IMG/VR virus record: IMGVR_UViG_3300043438_001962 | Origin: a virus | Lineage: Duplodnaviria > Heunggongvirae > Uroviricota > Caudoviricetes | Length of the DNA stretch: 64,000 nucleotides | Direction: 5' to 3' (one strand) | Shown here: piece after piece, positions 9,317 to 18,342 of the stretch | Numbering within the stretch: the first letter of the stretch is position 1 | How the letters are laid out: every line of letters begins with the position of its first letter | Program-made: the position numbers and the translations under genes | Notes under the pieces: generated by a model | Told to the model about the DNA's origin: nothing | Database searches by the model: none | What the model saw: only the letters and a program-made list of their open reading frames with translations

Positions 9317-9892
9317 ATGGATGGTTTAACCAAATACATTTTATTTGTCTTTGCAAAAAATGACAACCCAAAAGAATTTACAGAACAAATCGCGGAAGAA
9401 TTATGTGTTATTTCCGACACACCCAATCTTAACTTTTATTTCGGACCGGAGTCATCTGTGTTCACAATCTCAACATTAGATTCCTATGAGGATGTAAAAG
9501 ATTATGTTGATATGGTTTTAGGTGTTGGCGATATTATGTATGTTTTATTACCTTACACATCTGACAAATTGTCATATGGATTACCTGAAAAAATATCTAA
9601 ACATCTTTTTAATGATGGTATTAGTGACTTTATGTCAGGAAAATCTAACAATTCAGAACCAAATGAATTTGAGGTGCGAAAAATGATACAAGACAAAATC
9701 CGAGATACTTTTAATTTAAACATTGAAAATTTTGATTTTGAATATGATGAAGATGAATGGTCTGACATTGATGAAATTAAAAACAAACAACGTAGTCCAT
9801 CTTTAGATGAATTATTAGAAAAGATTAAAGAAAAAGGATTAAATTCACTAACTGAAAAAGAATTAATATATTTAAACAAATACTCAAATTAA
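9317..9892 (+). CDS. hypothetical acidic protein immediately upstream of the sigma factor
   Basis: It is coupled to the sigma factor gene with a 1-nt gap. Confidence 0.45.
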   Translation: MDGLTKYILFVFAKNDNPKEFTEQIAEELCVISDTPNLNFYFGPESSVFTISTLDSYEDVKDYVDMVLGVGDIMYVLLPYTSDKLSYGLPEKISKHLFNDGISDFMSGKSNNSEPNEFEVRKMIQDKIRDTFNLNIENFDFEYDEDEWSDIDEIKNKQRSPSLDELLEKIKEKGLNSLTEKELIYLNKYSN

Positions 9893-9893
9893 T

Positions 9894-10694
9894 ATGAAAG
9901 AAAAAAATTCCGGTATTCCAATTAATCAAGAAGAGATTCAATTATATCTAAAAGATATTCGTAAGATTAAAGTGATGACCCCTGAAAGAGAACGTGAGTT
10001 ATCTAAATTGATTACCTCGGGTACTCTAACAGAGAATGAGATTAAGGCGATTAATAAAGAATTATTAGAAGGTAATTTACGTTTTGTTATTACGGTGGCA
10101 AAACAATATCAAAATCAAGGATTGGATTTCCCTGATTTAATTGCCGAAGGTAATTTAGGTTTAATGAAAGCCATCAACAATTTTGATTGGTCCAAGAATT
10201 TACGTTTTATTTCCTATGCGGTGTGGTGGGTTAAACAATCAATCCTCCAATCGTTGAATGACAACGCCCGTACAATCCGACTACCAGTTAATGTGGTACA
10301 GGATTTACATAGAGCTAAAAAAGAAATTGAATCTAATGGTGGTAAGTTAGATGATAAGTTCCAAAATCTACCTTCAATGATTGATTTAGATATGAATATC
10401 AATGAAGATGGTGATACTCTTGTTGATATTATTAAAAATGAAGGTGCTGATATGCCTGATGAAGCATTTAATGGTAAAGATTTATTAAAAGCAAAATTAA
10501 TCTCTTTATTAAATGTTTTAGATGAACGTGAAAAAGTTATTGTTGAGGACTATTTCGGGTTAACCGGAACACAGAGAACCCTCGAAGATATTGGTGGTGA
10601 TTTTAATCTGACTAAAGAACGGGTTAGACAAATAAAGGAAAAGGCCTTAAGAAAATTAAGGAATGACTGCTCGGTATTGTTTGATTATATGTAA
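9894..10694 (+). CDS. RNA polymerase sigma-70 family sigma factor (regions 2-4)
   Basis: Region 2 reads FVITVAKQYQNQGLDFPDLIAEGNLGLMKAINNFDWSKNLRFISYAVWWVKQSI. Region 4 HTH reads TLEDIGGDFNLTKERVRQIKEKALRKLR. Confidence 0.9.
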   Translation: MKEKNSGIPINQEEIQLYLKDIRKIKVMTPERERELSKLITSGTLTENEIKAINKELLEGNLRFVITVAKQYQNQGLDFPDLIAEGNLGLMKAINNFDWSKNLRFISYAVWWVKQSILQSLNDNARTIRLPVNVVQDLHRAKKEIESNGGKLDDKFQNLPSMIDLDMNINEDGDTLVDIIKNEGADMPDEAFNGKDLLKAKLISLLNVLDEREKVIVEDYFGLTGTQRTLEDIGGDFNLTKERVRQIKEKALRKLRNDCSVLFDYM

Positions 10695-10702
10695 AAATGT
10701 TA

Positions 10703-10736
10703 GAACCTTCTATTTATTATAATAGAAGGTTTTTTA
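10703..10736 (+). terminator. rho-independent terminator
   Basis: A stem (GAACCTTCTATT / AATAGAAGGTT) is followed by TTTTT. Confidence 0.7.
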
Positions 10737-10764
10737 CTTTTATGATAAAACTAATACAAAAATT

Positions 10765-11037
10765 ATGAAAGCAATATTAAATTTTATTGATGTATGGGGA
10801 AACAGAATTATGTTTTTCTTAATTATTATCGTGTTCTTTAAAACTTGTACCACTAATGGTAGAGTAGATAAAGTGACAAAAAAAGTTGATACTTTAGAAG
10901 TTAAAATAACTAAAGAAATCAAAATTGAAGGATTAAAATCTGAAAAAAGAATGATTCAAGCGACGGATAGAAAAATTATGGATGTTAACAGACAATCAGA
11001 GATTGATAAAGAGATAACTAAAATCACAAATGATTAA
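10765..11037 (+). CDS. small membrane-anchored coiled-coil protein
   Basis: It has an N-terminal TM segment and a K/E-rich tail. Confidence 0.3.
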   Translation: MKAILNFIDVWGNRIMFFLIIIVFFKTCTTNGRVDKVTKKVDTLEVKITKEIKIEGLKSEKRMIQATDRKIMDVNRQSEIDKEITKITND

Positions 11038-11818
11038 GTCAATAATAAGTTGGGTTAAAGAACATCCGGTAAGAGCAATGTTCTTAATCCCGATACTTTT
11101 AGTTGCGGGTATCTCAATATCTCACGTTGTGTCTTGGTATGATTTAACAAATCCAATTAGTTGGGCTATATACTTATCAATAGCTATTGAAGTTGGTGCT
11201 ATGACCGCATTGGTTGCTGCAACAAACAGAATTAAAGGTGGTGTATGGTTTATGTTCGGATTAGTAACCTTTATACAAATGATTGGTAATATCTTCTTTT
11301 CATTTAAAGAAATTGATGTTAACGGGGATTTATTTAAATCTTGGGTTGAACTAACTTCACCTGTTTGGGAAATGTTAGGTTCTGATATCAATGACGTTGT
11401 ATCTCAAAAAAGATGGTTAGCGTTTTTAGGTGGAGGGTTACTTCCAATCATTTCATTGACATCATTACACTTTTTTGTAAAATATGACGAATTAACCAAA
11501 GAAAGTGACGACGAAATTAAAACCATTGAGGTTGAAGTCATTAAGGAAGTTGAAAAAATTGTTGAAGTCCCGGTAGAAGTTATAAAGGAAGTTGAAAAAA
11601 TAGTTGAGGTAATCAAAGAAATTGAAGTTCCGGTAGAAGTAATTAAGGAAGTTGAAAAAATAGTTGAGGTTGAGAAGATTGTTGAAGTACCCGTTGAGGT
11701 TGTTAAAGAAATTATAGTAACCAATCAACAACCAATGAATGTTAATTACGCGGATTCGACAACTACAACAACAACTAATGATGGTCTTGTTAGATTAAGT
11801 TATGTAAAAAATACCTAA
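11030..11818 (+). CDS. polytopic membrane protein with a C-terminal EV-rich tandem-repeat domain
   Basis: About four N-terminal TM helices are followed by IEVEVIKEVEKIVEVPVEVIKEVEKIVEV ... repeats and a T/N-rich tail. Confidence 0.5.
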   Translation: MIKSIISWVKEHPVRAMFLIPILLVAGISISHVVSWYDLTNPISWAIYLSIAIEVGAMTALVAATNRIKGGVWFMFGLVTFIQMIGNIFFSFKEIDVNGDLFKSWVELTSPVWEMLGSDINDVVSQKRWLAFLGGGLLPIISLTSLHFFVKYDELTKESDDEIKTIEVEVIKEVEKIVEVPVEVIKEVEKIVEVIKEIEVPVEVIKEVEKIVEVEKIVEVPVEVVKEIIVTNQQPMNVNYADSTTTTTTNDGLVRLSYVKNT

Positions 11819-11849
11819 CATAATTAAATAAACTTGAAAGTTATGGGTT

Positions 11850-12449
11850 ATGATAGACATAATAGATGGTTTTAAACCATGTGGGAAACAAAAGAAAAAA
11901 AATCAAATAATCCTCACACACTCTTCAAGAAGTGTTGGGGATTATTTACAATCATTAAAACTCAGATTTAATGGTAAATTTAAACGAATACCTAATTACA
12001 TCGTTACTCGAGATGGACAAATACTTCAATTATTAGGTAATAATGAGCATTCAAATTATTTTACTTCAGCAAACATAAATAGAAATTCTATCATCGTTTG
12101 TTTGGAAAATTTAGGGTGGTTAGAAAAAGAACCGCTAAGTAATCATTACGTTAACTGGATTGGTGATATTTATAAAGGTAATGTGTTTGAAAAAAAATGG
12201 AGAGATTATTATTTTTGGCAACCTTACACATCCATTCAAGTTGAAAACACTTCTATTTTGTGTAGTAAGTTACTAAAAGAAATAAAAATTAAAAACCAAG
12301 TAATTGGGCATAATACAAAAATAAATGGTATAGAAAAATATGACGGGATAGTTAGTAAAAGTAACTTTGACACTGATTATACAGATGTTAGCCCGGCATT
12401 TAATTTTGAAGAATTTTTAAAAAAAATAGAGCATGAGCAATTCACATGA
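11850..12449 (+). CDS. Amidase_2/PGRP-fold protein (N-acetylmuramoyl-L-alanine amidase-like, T7 lysozyme-like)
   Basis: By eye it aligns to T7 lysozyme as IILTHSS ~ IFVHCSA, NYIVTRDG ~ YHFIIKRDG, NSIIVCLEN ~ NSIGVCLVG and IGHNTK ~ RAHHEV. The position of the zinc-ligand Cys appears to carry Ser (SPAFNF). Confidence 0.45.
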   Translation: MIDIIDGFKPCGKQKKKNQIILTHSSRSVGDYLQSLKLRFNGKFKRIPNYIVTRDGQILQLLGNNEHSNYFTSANINRNSIIVCLENLGWLEKEPLSNHYVNWIGDIYKGNVFEKKWRDYYFWQPYTSIQVENTSILCSKLLKEIKIKNQVIGHNTKINGIEKYDGIVSKSNFDTDYTDVSPAFNFEEFLKKIEHEQFT

Positions 12450-13035
12450 TGAAATAAAAAGATTAGTTGAGGCATCTAGAAAGATGTTATCAAATAGTAC
12501 AATTAATGAGGATATTAATCGTATTCGACAAAAACACGGTATTATTAACGAACAAGTAGGTTTGTCTGATAATGATGTTATTTCAAAACTAAACGTTGCA
12601 AAAGACGTTGAGGATAAGATTGAAGACGACACAAATAATCAAGAAGATAAATCACAAGGATATCGAGTTGTTGGAGGTATTATTGTATTACACGGTAAAG
12701 ATAATAATGATTTAGATTTAACTACAGATGAAAAAATCGCTTTCCAAGAAACAATGAATGAATTTGTTGAACAAGTTTCAGATTTAGTAGATTTCAATAA
12801 ATTAAACGTATATCCAAATAATGTGGAGTGGTCAGGTAGAATTATTGATTTTGATTTAGATTTCTTTTTTACAATTGGTGAAGAAAATGGTGTTTACATA
12901 AACGGTGAGATGTTAAAAACTGATGATGAGTTTTTAGAAATGATTAATAAATTAAAAGTTTTCTATGAAAAATTTAAATCAAAATGGGCAAAAGTTTTAG
13001 CGTCAAGAAAACAAACAAGTAATACTGAAGAGTAA
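12433..13035 (+). CDS. hypothetical protein
   Basis: The ORF is translationally coupled to its neighbour. No motif was recognised. Confidence 0.4.
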   Translation: MSNSHDEIKRLVEASRKMLSNSTINEDINRIRQKHGIINEQVGLSDNDVISKLNVAKDVEDKIEDDTNNQEDKSQGYRVVGGIIVLHGKDNNDLDLTTDEKIAFQETMNEFVEQVSDLVDFNKLNVYPNNVEWSGRIIDFDLDFFFTIGEENGVYINGEMLKTDDEFLEMINKLKVFYEKFKSKWAKVLASRKQTSNTEE

Positions 13036-13394
13036 TGAAAGATATTGTAACAAACAACAAACAAAATATATTATTAATCATCGTTATTGTATTGGCGGCT
13101 TGGAACATATTTACAACCAATGGAATCAAAACAGATGTTAAATCATATAAAGAAAAGATAGAATCAATTCAAACTGAGATTGATTCGGCTAAAGCGGTTA
13201 ATGAGGGAATTGATATTAAGATTGATTCAGTAAAAGGTAATGTGGTTAAAATTACAAAAGAAATTCATCACATAGATAATAACATAACAATAATTAAAAA
13301 ACAAACAGATGAGAAAGTTAATAGTGTTGACACTCTTACTGCTAACGAGCTTGAGCAGTTTTTCACAAACAGATACAACAAAACCAACAATTAG
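13035..13394 (+). CDS. membrane-anchored coiled-coil protein
   Basis: It has an N-terminal TM segment (ILLIIVIVLAAWNIF). Confidence 0.4.
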   Translation: MKDIVTNNKQNILLIIVIVLAAWNIFTTNGIKTDVKSYKEKIESIQTEIDSAKAVNEGIDIKIDSVKGNVVKITKEIHHIDNNITIIKKQTDEKVNSVDTLTANELEQFFTNRYNKTNN

Positions 13395-13740
13395 TAGTGA
13401 CACTACAAAAGTTAGATTAAAAGTTCCGGTTGCTAAATTAGCGATAAAGGATATTCTAAAAGGTGATGGGTGTGAGGTTGAGTTAAAATTAACTAAAGAA
13501 AAACTTATTAAAACTGAAGAAAGGGAAAAAGAAAAAGATTCTCACATAATTCTTCTTGAAGAAAAAGATAAGAACAATAACTTTATGTTAGGTAAAAAGG
13601 ACGAACAATTAAAAGTTTCTGAAGAATTAACTAATAGTTTACATAAAGAATTAAAAGGACAAAGAACAAAAACTTTCTTATGGAAAGTTGGTACTTTCGC
13701 AGGAATTCTTGCATCAACTTATCTTATTATAACAAAATAG
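13309..13740 (+). CDS. secreted or membrane protein with a Bacteroidetes-type signal peptide and a C-terminal TM
   Basis: The N-terminus reads MRKLIVLTLLLLTSLSSFSQ. It overlaps the upstream ORF by 86 nt, so the start is uncertain. Confidence 0.4.
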   Translation: MRKLIVLTLLLLTSLSSFSQTDTTKPTISSDTTKVRLKVPVAKLAIKDILKGDGCEVELKLTKEKLIKTEEREKEKDSHIILLEEKDKNNNFMLGKKDEQLKVSEELTNSLHKELKGQRTKTFLWKVGTFAGILASTYLIITK

Positions 13741-13747
13741 AATAATT

Positions 13748-14581
13748 ATGAAAACTAAAGAAAGTATGGCAGCCGACTTATTAAATAAAGTTGATGATGA
13801 AATGAGTAAAGCCGGAGTATATAGTAAAGGTATTGAAGGAATGATGGCGGTTAACGATTTTAAAAATTCATTAGGTGAAGAAAATGAAATTGATGAGAAA
13901 TGGTCAAAAAAATATAAAGACAGTATAGATTGTAAAAATCCTAAAGGTTTCTCACAAAAAGCTCATTGTCAAGGAAAAAATAAAAAAACTGAAACTGATG
14001 AATCAACGGGTTCAGGTTCTGCTGGCGGATTTTCCGCTCCATTATTCTCAACAACTAAAAAAGAGATGGAAGAGGCTTGTTGGAAAGGATATAAAGAAGT
14101 CGGTGGGAAAAAGAAAAATGGTAAGATGGTACCTAATTGTGTAAAAGAGGGTGAAGAAAAAGAAAAGGATAATAAAAAGAAATATCTTGATATTGAAGAC
14201 ATGATTCCTGAATTAAGAAAAAAACTTAACAAAGGTACTAGATTAGATAAAGACACAAAAAAAGTTGAAGCAACTGAAGCTACAGGTTCAGGGTCATCAG
14301 GACAATATTCAACGACGGCAGCTTGGGCTAAATCAACAAATAAAAAAGATTGGATGGGAAAATCTAAACCTCAAATACCTGGAGGTAAATTTGTTCAAGT
14401 TAAGAAAAAATGTAAAAAATTCCCATATTGTAATCAAGGTGATATTAAAGCCCTTAAGATATATGAGAATGAGACGGTTAAGAAAGCTATTAAAAATATT
14501 AGTGAAAAACACAATATTAGTGAGAATGTAATCAAATCAATTATTTCATATGAGTACGAAAAATTAAAATCAAATAAATAA
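13748..14581 (+). CDS. lysine-rich hypothetical protein with an internal E(S/A)TGSGS(A/S)G duplication
   Basis: The composition is low-complexity and K/E-rich. It may be a virion-internal or DNA-binding protein. Confidence 0.45.
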   Translation: MKTKESMAADLLNKVDDEMSKAGVYSKGIEGMMAVNDFKNSLGEENEIDEKWSKKYKDSIDCKNPKGFSQKAHCQGKNKKTETDESTGSGSAGGFSAPLFSTTKKEMEEACWKGYKEVGGKKKNGKMVPNCVKEGEEKEKDNKKKYLDIEDMIPELRKKLNKGTRLDKDTKKVEATEATGSGSSGQYSTTAAWAKSTNKKDWMGKSKPQIPGGKFVQVKKKCKKFPYCNQGDIKALKIYENETVKKAIKNISEKHNISENVIKSIISYEYEKLKSNK

Positions 14582-14618
14582 AGTAAAAAACTAATATATT
14601 TATAATAAAAAAACAACA

Positions 14619-15929
14619 ATGAGAAAATTAACTATAACTTATTTAGAAAAAATGATTTCTAAAGTATTGAAAGAAAATTTAGGTGAAAAGGCAGAAACTT
14701 TAGTATCTAAAATTAAATCATCTATTAAAGAAAACTCTGAAGTTTGTGAACAGTGTGGTAGTAATATGAATGAAGGTGAATGTATGGAATGTGGGTATAA
14801 TATGATGGAAGAAGGTATTTATGATGTTGAAGACATTAATAACAAAGATGAGTTTGATTACGTTCAAGAAGAAGAAGATATTGAAACAGAGACAAATATA
14901 GAAAATGAAGAATCTTGTAAATATCATATGGATAAATTTGGTCCGGAAGATGATAGAACAAAACAATTTTGTGGTGACTCAATGAATGAGGGATTGAAAG
15001 GTCGTCAAAGAAAATTAGATAAAAACAAAAACAATAAAATTGATTCGGAGGACTTTAAACTTTTACGTAAAGAGAAAAAAGGAAATAGCATGAAATTTAA
15101 AGATAGACATGGTATGGAGGAACAAGAAACTGAAGAAGGTAATGCGTTTTCAGGAGCTTTATCAGATGCTAAAAAAAGTGGTAAAGATTCTTTTGAAGTT
15201 GATGGTAAAAAATACCCGGTTAAAGAATCAGTTAGAATGAATGAAAGAGAGTTAGTTAATTTAATTGAAAGAATTGTTTTAGAACAAAAAACCACAAATG
15301 TTAAAGACCCGGCTGAAAAAAATAACTTAAAAACTATTGGAAGTGCTCCGGGATTAGAAAAATACAAACAAGTTCATAAAAAAGACGGTAAAGAAAATGA
15401 AGATAACCTTAAAGCTGTTGCTCAAAAAATGAAAGATTATTTGAAAGATGGTTCTAAAGCTGAATATGATACAAATCCAAAAATTTTTCCTAAAGGAAAT
15501 GGGGAATTAGCTAAAATGAGTAAAAAGGCATATGTTCCGTCAGGAGCGGTGGAAGATTATATTGATAACTTTACTGCAGCGGCTTTAGAGAATTTAGATT
15601 ATGATGGTATTGAACCTAACGAAGAGTGGGTAACTAATAACATAGAAGGTTCTTCAAAAACAGGTAACAACCCTGATTGGGCAAATACTGGTGAATCTGA
15701 TGTTAATAAAAAACGTAATAAAATTAGAAAAGATAATTTATTAGGTAAACTTAAAAGAAAAGCGTATAACAAAGCACCTCAACCGGTTATCAATGATAAA
15801 TCAGGTGAAGATAAAGGAAGTGATATTATGGCTAAATTAGAATCGGTTAACGATAAAAAAACAAAACAAATTAATGAGGAGTTTGATAGAATGAAATCTT
15901 TAATCGGTTACAATCAAAAAACTCAATAA
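14619..15929 (+). CDS. K/E-rich hypothetical protein with an N-terminal Cys cluster
   Basis: It contains CEQCGSNMNEGECMECG. Confidence 0.45.
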   Translation: MRKLTITYLEKMISKVLKENLGEKAETLVSKIKSSIKENSEVCEQCGSNMNEGECMECGYNMMEEGIYDVEDINNKDEFDYVQEEEDIETETNIENEESCKYHMDKFGPEDDRTKQFCGDSMNEGLKGRQRKLDKNKNNKIDSEDFKLLRKEKKGNSMKFKDRHGMEEQETEEGNAFSGALSDAKKSGKDSFEVDGKKYPVKESVRMNERELVNLIERIVLEQKTTNVKDPAEKNNLKTIGSAPGLEKYKQVHKKDGKENEDNLKAVAQKMKDYLKDGSKAEYDTNPKIFPKGNGELAKMSKKAYVPSGAVEDYIDNFTAAALENLDYDGIEPNEEWVTNNIEGSSKTGNNPDWANTGESDVNKKRNKIRKDNLLGKLKRKAYNKAPQPVINDKSGEDKGSDIMAKLESVNDKKTKQINEEFDRMKSLIGYNQKTQ

Positions 15930-15977
15930 TTTACAAACAAATTATATCAATTATATTTTCTCCATAGACAAACATCT

Positions 15978-16445
15978 ATGGAGAATTTTTTTAACTACAT
16001 AACGAAACCCTTAAAACCTGAAGATATTGATATTTGGTTTAAGATGAATAATATAATTTCTGAAAAAATGGAATTATATTCTGATTTCTGCCATACATTA
16101 TATATTTTAATCTACGATACTTATTTAGGTCAAGATGATGTGTCTACCGAAACTAAAATTAAATTAACGGATGATGATAATTTAAAACACTTTGAATGGT
16201 GTTGGATGAAGGTTATAGATAATTTTGGTAAAGAAAATATTAACTTCAATAAGAGAGGTGACCATTTCGATTATTTTTATTCATTCTTTAGTGAAATATT
16301 TTATCTTCAAGTTGAAGATAAAGTTAAAAACTCTATTAATAGTTTTTTTACAGACCTATTTAACACCAAAAAAACTTTTACAAAATCAGATTTAGATATG
16401 GTTTTAACCATTTATAAAATATTAGACAAAAATCTTAAAAAATAA
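15978..16445 (+). CDS. hypothetical protein
   Basis: ORF only. Confidence 0.4.
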   Translation: MENFFNYITKPLKPEDIDIWFKMNNIISEKMELYSDFCHTLYILIYDTYLGQDDVSTETKIKLTDDDNLKHFEWCWMKVIDNFGKENINFNKRGDHFDYFYSFFSEIFYLQVEDKVKNSINSFFTDLFNTKKTFTKSDLDMVLTIYKILDKNLKK

Positions 16446-16527
16446 AAAAATCCTTTATAGTGTTTACTATAGGATAAAAAAAATTATTTTATAAGTATTA
16501 AAAATAAATTAATTAACACAATTTGAA

Positions 16528-16704
16528 ATGGAAACATTAGAACAAATTAAATCTTTAACCGAAGAGTTATCTGTTGATACTTCAAAATTTTTTGGAGGTA
16601 ATAAAAGTGCTGGAACAAGAGCAAGAAAATCTGCACAAGATTTGAAAAAATTATTAGATAGTTTAAGAAAAGAGATTTTATCTGAAAGAAAAAAAGAAGA
16701 GTAA
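16528..16704 (+). CDS. histone H1-like nucleoid protein (Hc1 family), 58 aa, absent from the ORF track (<60 aa)
   Basis: The translation is METLEQIKSLTEELSVDTSKFFGGNKSAGTRARKSAQDLKKLLDSLRKEILSERKKEE. The KF..GNK.AGTR.RK..Q.LK.L motif is typical of Bacteroidetes Hc1-like proteins. Confidence 0.5.
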   Translation: METLEQIKSLTEELSVDTSKFFGGNKSAGTRARKSAQDLKKLLDSLRKEILSERKKEE

Positions 16705-16892
16705 TGGATAGTACTGATACAATTTTTTTATTTGTATTTATCTTTTCAGTTCTAACCGTGTTTAGAACGGTTACTAGATTGGTAAGTTCCCTGTTCTCAA
16801 ACCCACCAAAGAGATTCCAATGGAATAGAGGGGAACTTATTTATCTTGGATTAGCAATATCATATTGTTTAACCTACATTATTAAAAATTAA
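16704..16892 (+). CDS. small membrane protein
   Basis: It has two hydrophobic segments and an ATGA overlap with the Hc1-like ORF. Confidence 0.3.
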   Translation: MDSTDTIFLFVFIFSVLTVFRTVTRLVSSLFSNPPKRFQWNRGELIYLGLAISYCLTYIIKN

Positions 16893-16894
16893 TT

Positions 16895-17341
16895 ATGAGT
16901 TTGTATAAAGAATTTTCGGAATTATTACCGTATATTCAATCAGTAAGAAAGATTGAAAAATATTTATCGTTTGATATTAGTTTCCCAACATCATGGAAAC
17001 TACCTAAAAAATATGTCCAAGAAGATAAAGTAATGGAACAGGAAAATAAAATAGCTGGTAACCGTACATTTTCTTTTGTTGCGGAAATTAATGAAAGTGA
17101 TGTAGAACAAGTAACTGAAAATTTACAAAACATTATAAAATATAATCTTGAGAGAGAAGAAAAAGATAGATTATTTCAAAATAAAGTTGATGAGTTAAAA
17201 TCTATTTTTGAAAAACAAAATTTAGAAAGTTTACAGAATTTAAAATTTGATTTAAAATCTAAAACATTAAGTAAATTAAAACTTGACGATAATGAAGAAG
17301 AGCTTACAACAACTAGAGTGGTTGCAGAACGAGATAATTAA
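16895..17341 (+). CDS. hypothetical protein
   Basis: ORF only. Confidence 0.4.
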   Translation: MSLYKEFSELLPYIQSVRKIEKYLSFDISFPTSWKLPKKYVQEDKVMEQENKIAGNRTFSFVAEINESDVEQVTENLQNIIKYNLEREEKDRLFQNKVDELKSIFEKQNLESLQNLKFDLKSKTLSKLKLDDNEEELTTTRVVAERDN

Positions 17342-17443
17342 AGATAAAATTATTCTTGACCAAGAAAAGTCAAAATTAATTGATAATATTAAAAAATTAA
17401 AAAAGGAAGATATTCTTCCAAAACCTCCGGAAAAATTGACATT

Positions 17444-17680
17444 ATGGCAGAGAATCAAAAAAGTATTGATGGGATAATTGAAAAGTTGGCAATGATTGTT
17501 GACGCTGCAGATGAATTATTTCCTGATGGAAAAATGTTATTAGCATTTGAATTAAAAGAAACTGAATTTAAAAAAGTTCAAGGAAACTTTAGAGAAATCG
17601 ACAAATCTTTTAAACAATTTAAAATAGAAATGTCGGGTAATGATATTATGTTTTTGTTGGATGAGTCGTCGAATGTCTAA
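17444..17680 (+). CDS. hypothetical small protein
   Basis: ORF only. The alternative overlapping ORF 17283..17477 is also possible. Confidence 0.3.
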   Translation: MAENQKSIDGIIEKLAMIVDAADELFPDGKMLLAFELKETEFKKVQGNFREIDKSFKQFKIEMSGNDIMFLLDESSNV

Positions 17681-18287
17681 TTAAATAATGTTTAGGAAAC
17701 CCGTTTTCTTCTAATAGATTATATAGGTATTTTCTTTGTGAAGTGCTATAATCTTTAACAAACATACAATCGTATCGTTTTTCATTTATAAAGTGTTCCG
17801 ATACATTATCAATAAATCTTAAACTATCATCATCATTTTTAAATGTTAATAAATTAAATTTATCATCATTTTGAATGATGATTTTATTGTTTAATTTAGA
17901 TATTAATTTAAGTCCGTCTTCTTTTAAATAAGTTTTTAATAATTCACCTAACCCTATTTTTTGATTTTTTGAATAATCTAAAAACGACTCTTCAATCTTA
18001 AATTTCATTATTTTTAAGATTGTAAAGTTATCGTCATCTAAATTTACTTTAACTTTTCTCCCGTATTCGTCTTTTAAAAATATAGGTAAAAAAGTCCCCG
18101 AAGTTTTTTCTAATAACGCTAATTCATAACTACACTCCACACCATTTTCATATTTTTTATCAAATATAACTAAATCACTTTCATCCATAAGTGAATCAAA
18201 ATAATTATTTGCCCTTTTATGGGTCATAAATTTCTTGATTATTTTCTTTTTTGTTTTATTTTTAAACAATACTATCTGATAGTTCAT
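17646..18287 (-). CDS. hypothetical protein (minus strand)
   Basis: It is a 213-aa ORF convergent with the upstream + genes. Confidence 0.45.
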   Translation of the reverse strand: MNYQIVLFKNKTKKKIIKKFMTHKRANNYFDSLMDESDLVIFDKKYENGVECSYELALLEKTSGTFLPIFLKDEYGRKVKVNLDDDNFTILKIMKFKIEESFLDYSKNQKIGLGELLKTYLKEDGLKLISKLNNKIIIQNDDKFNLLTFKNDDDSLRFIDNVSEHFINEKRYDCMFVKDYSTSQRKYLYNLLEENGFPKHYLIRHSTTHPTKT

Positions 18288-18342
18288 ATTTGGTGTGTAT
18301 TAATAAATAAGTTAGTTTTATATTAAATATAAGTAAATAAGT

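Noticed and set aside
2800-11720. Regularly spaced short repeats considered as a CRISPR array.
   Set aside because: The repeats are in-frame coding tandem repeats with degenerate units and no unique spacers. No cas genes are present.
13969-15367. ORFs 13969..14256(-), 14265..14531(+), 14434..14619(-), 14718..14966(-) and 15005..15367(-).
   Set aside because: They overlap the long K/E-rich plus-strand genes. Their low-complexity antisense or alternate-frame translations are typical of spurious ORFs in AT-rich DNA.
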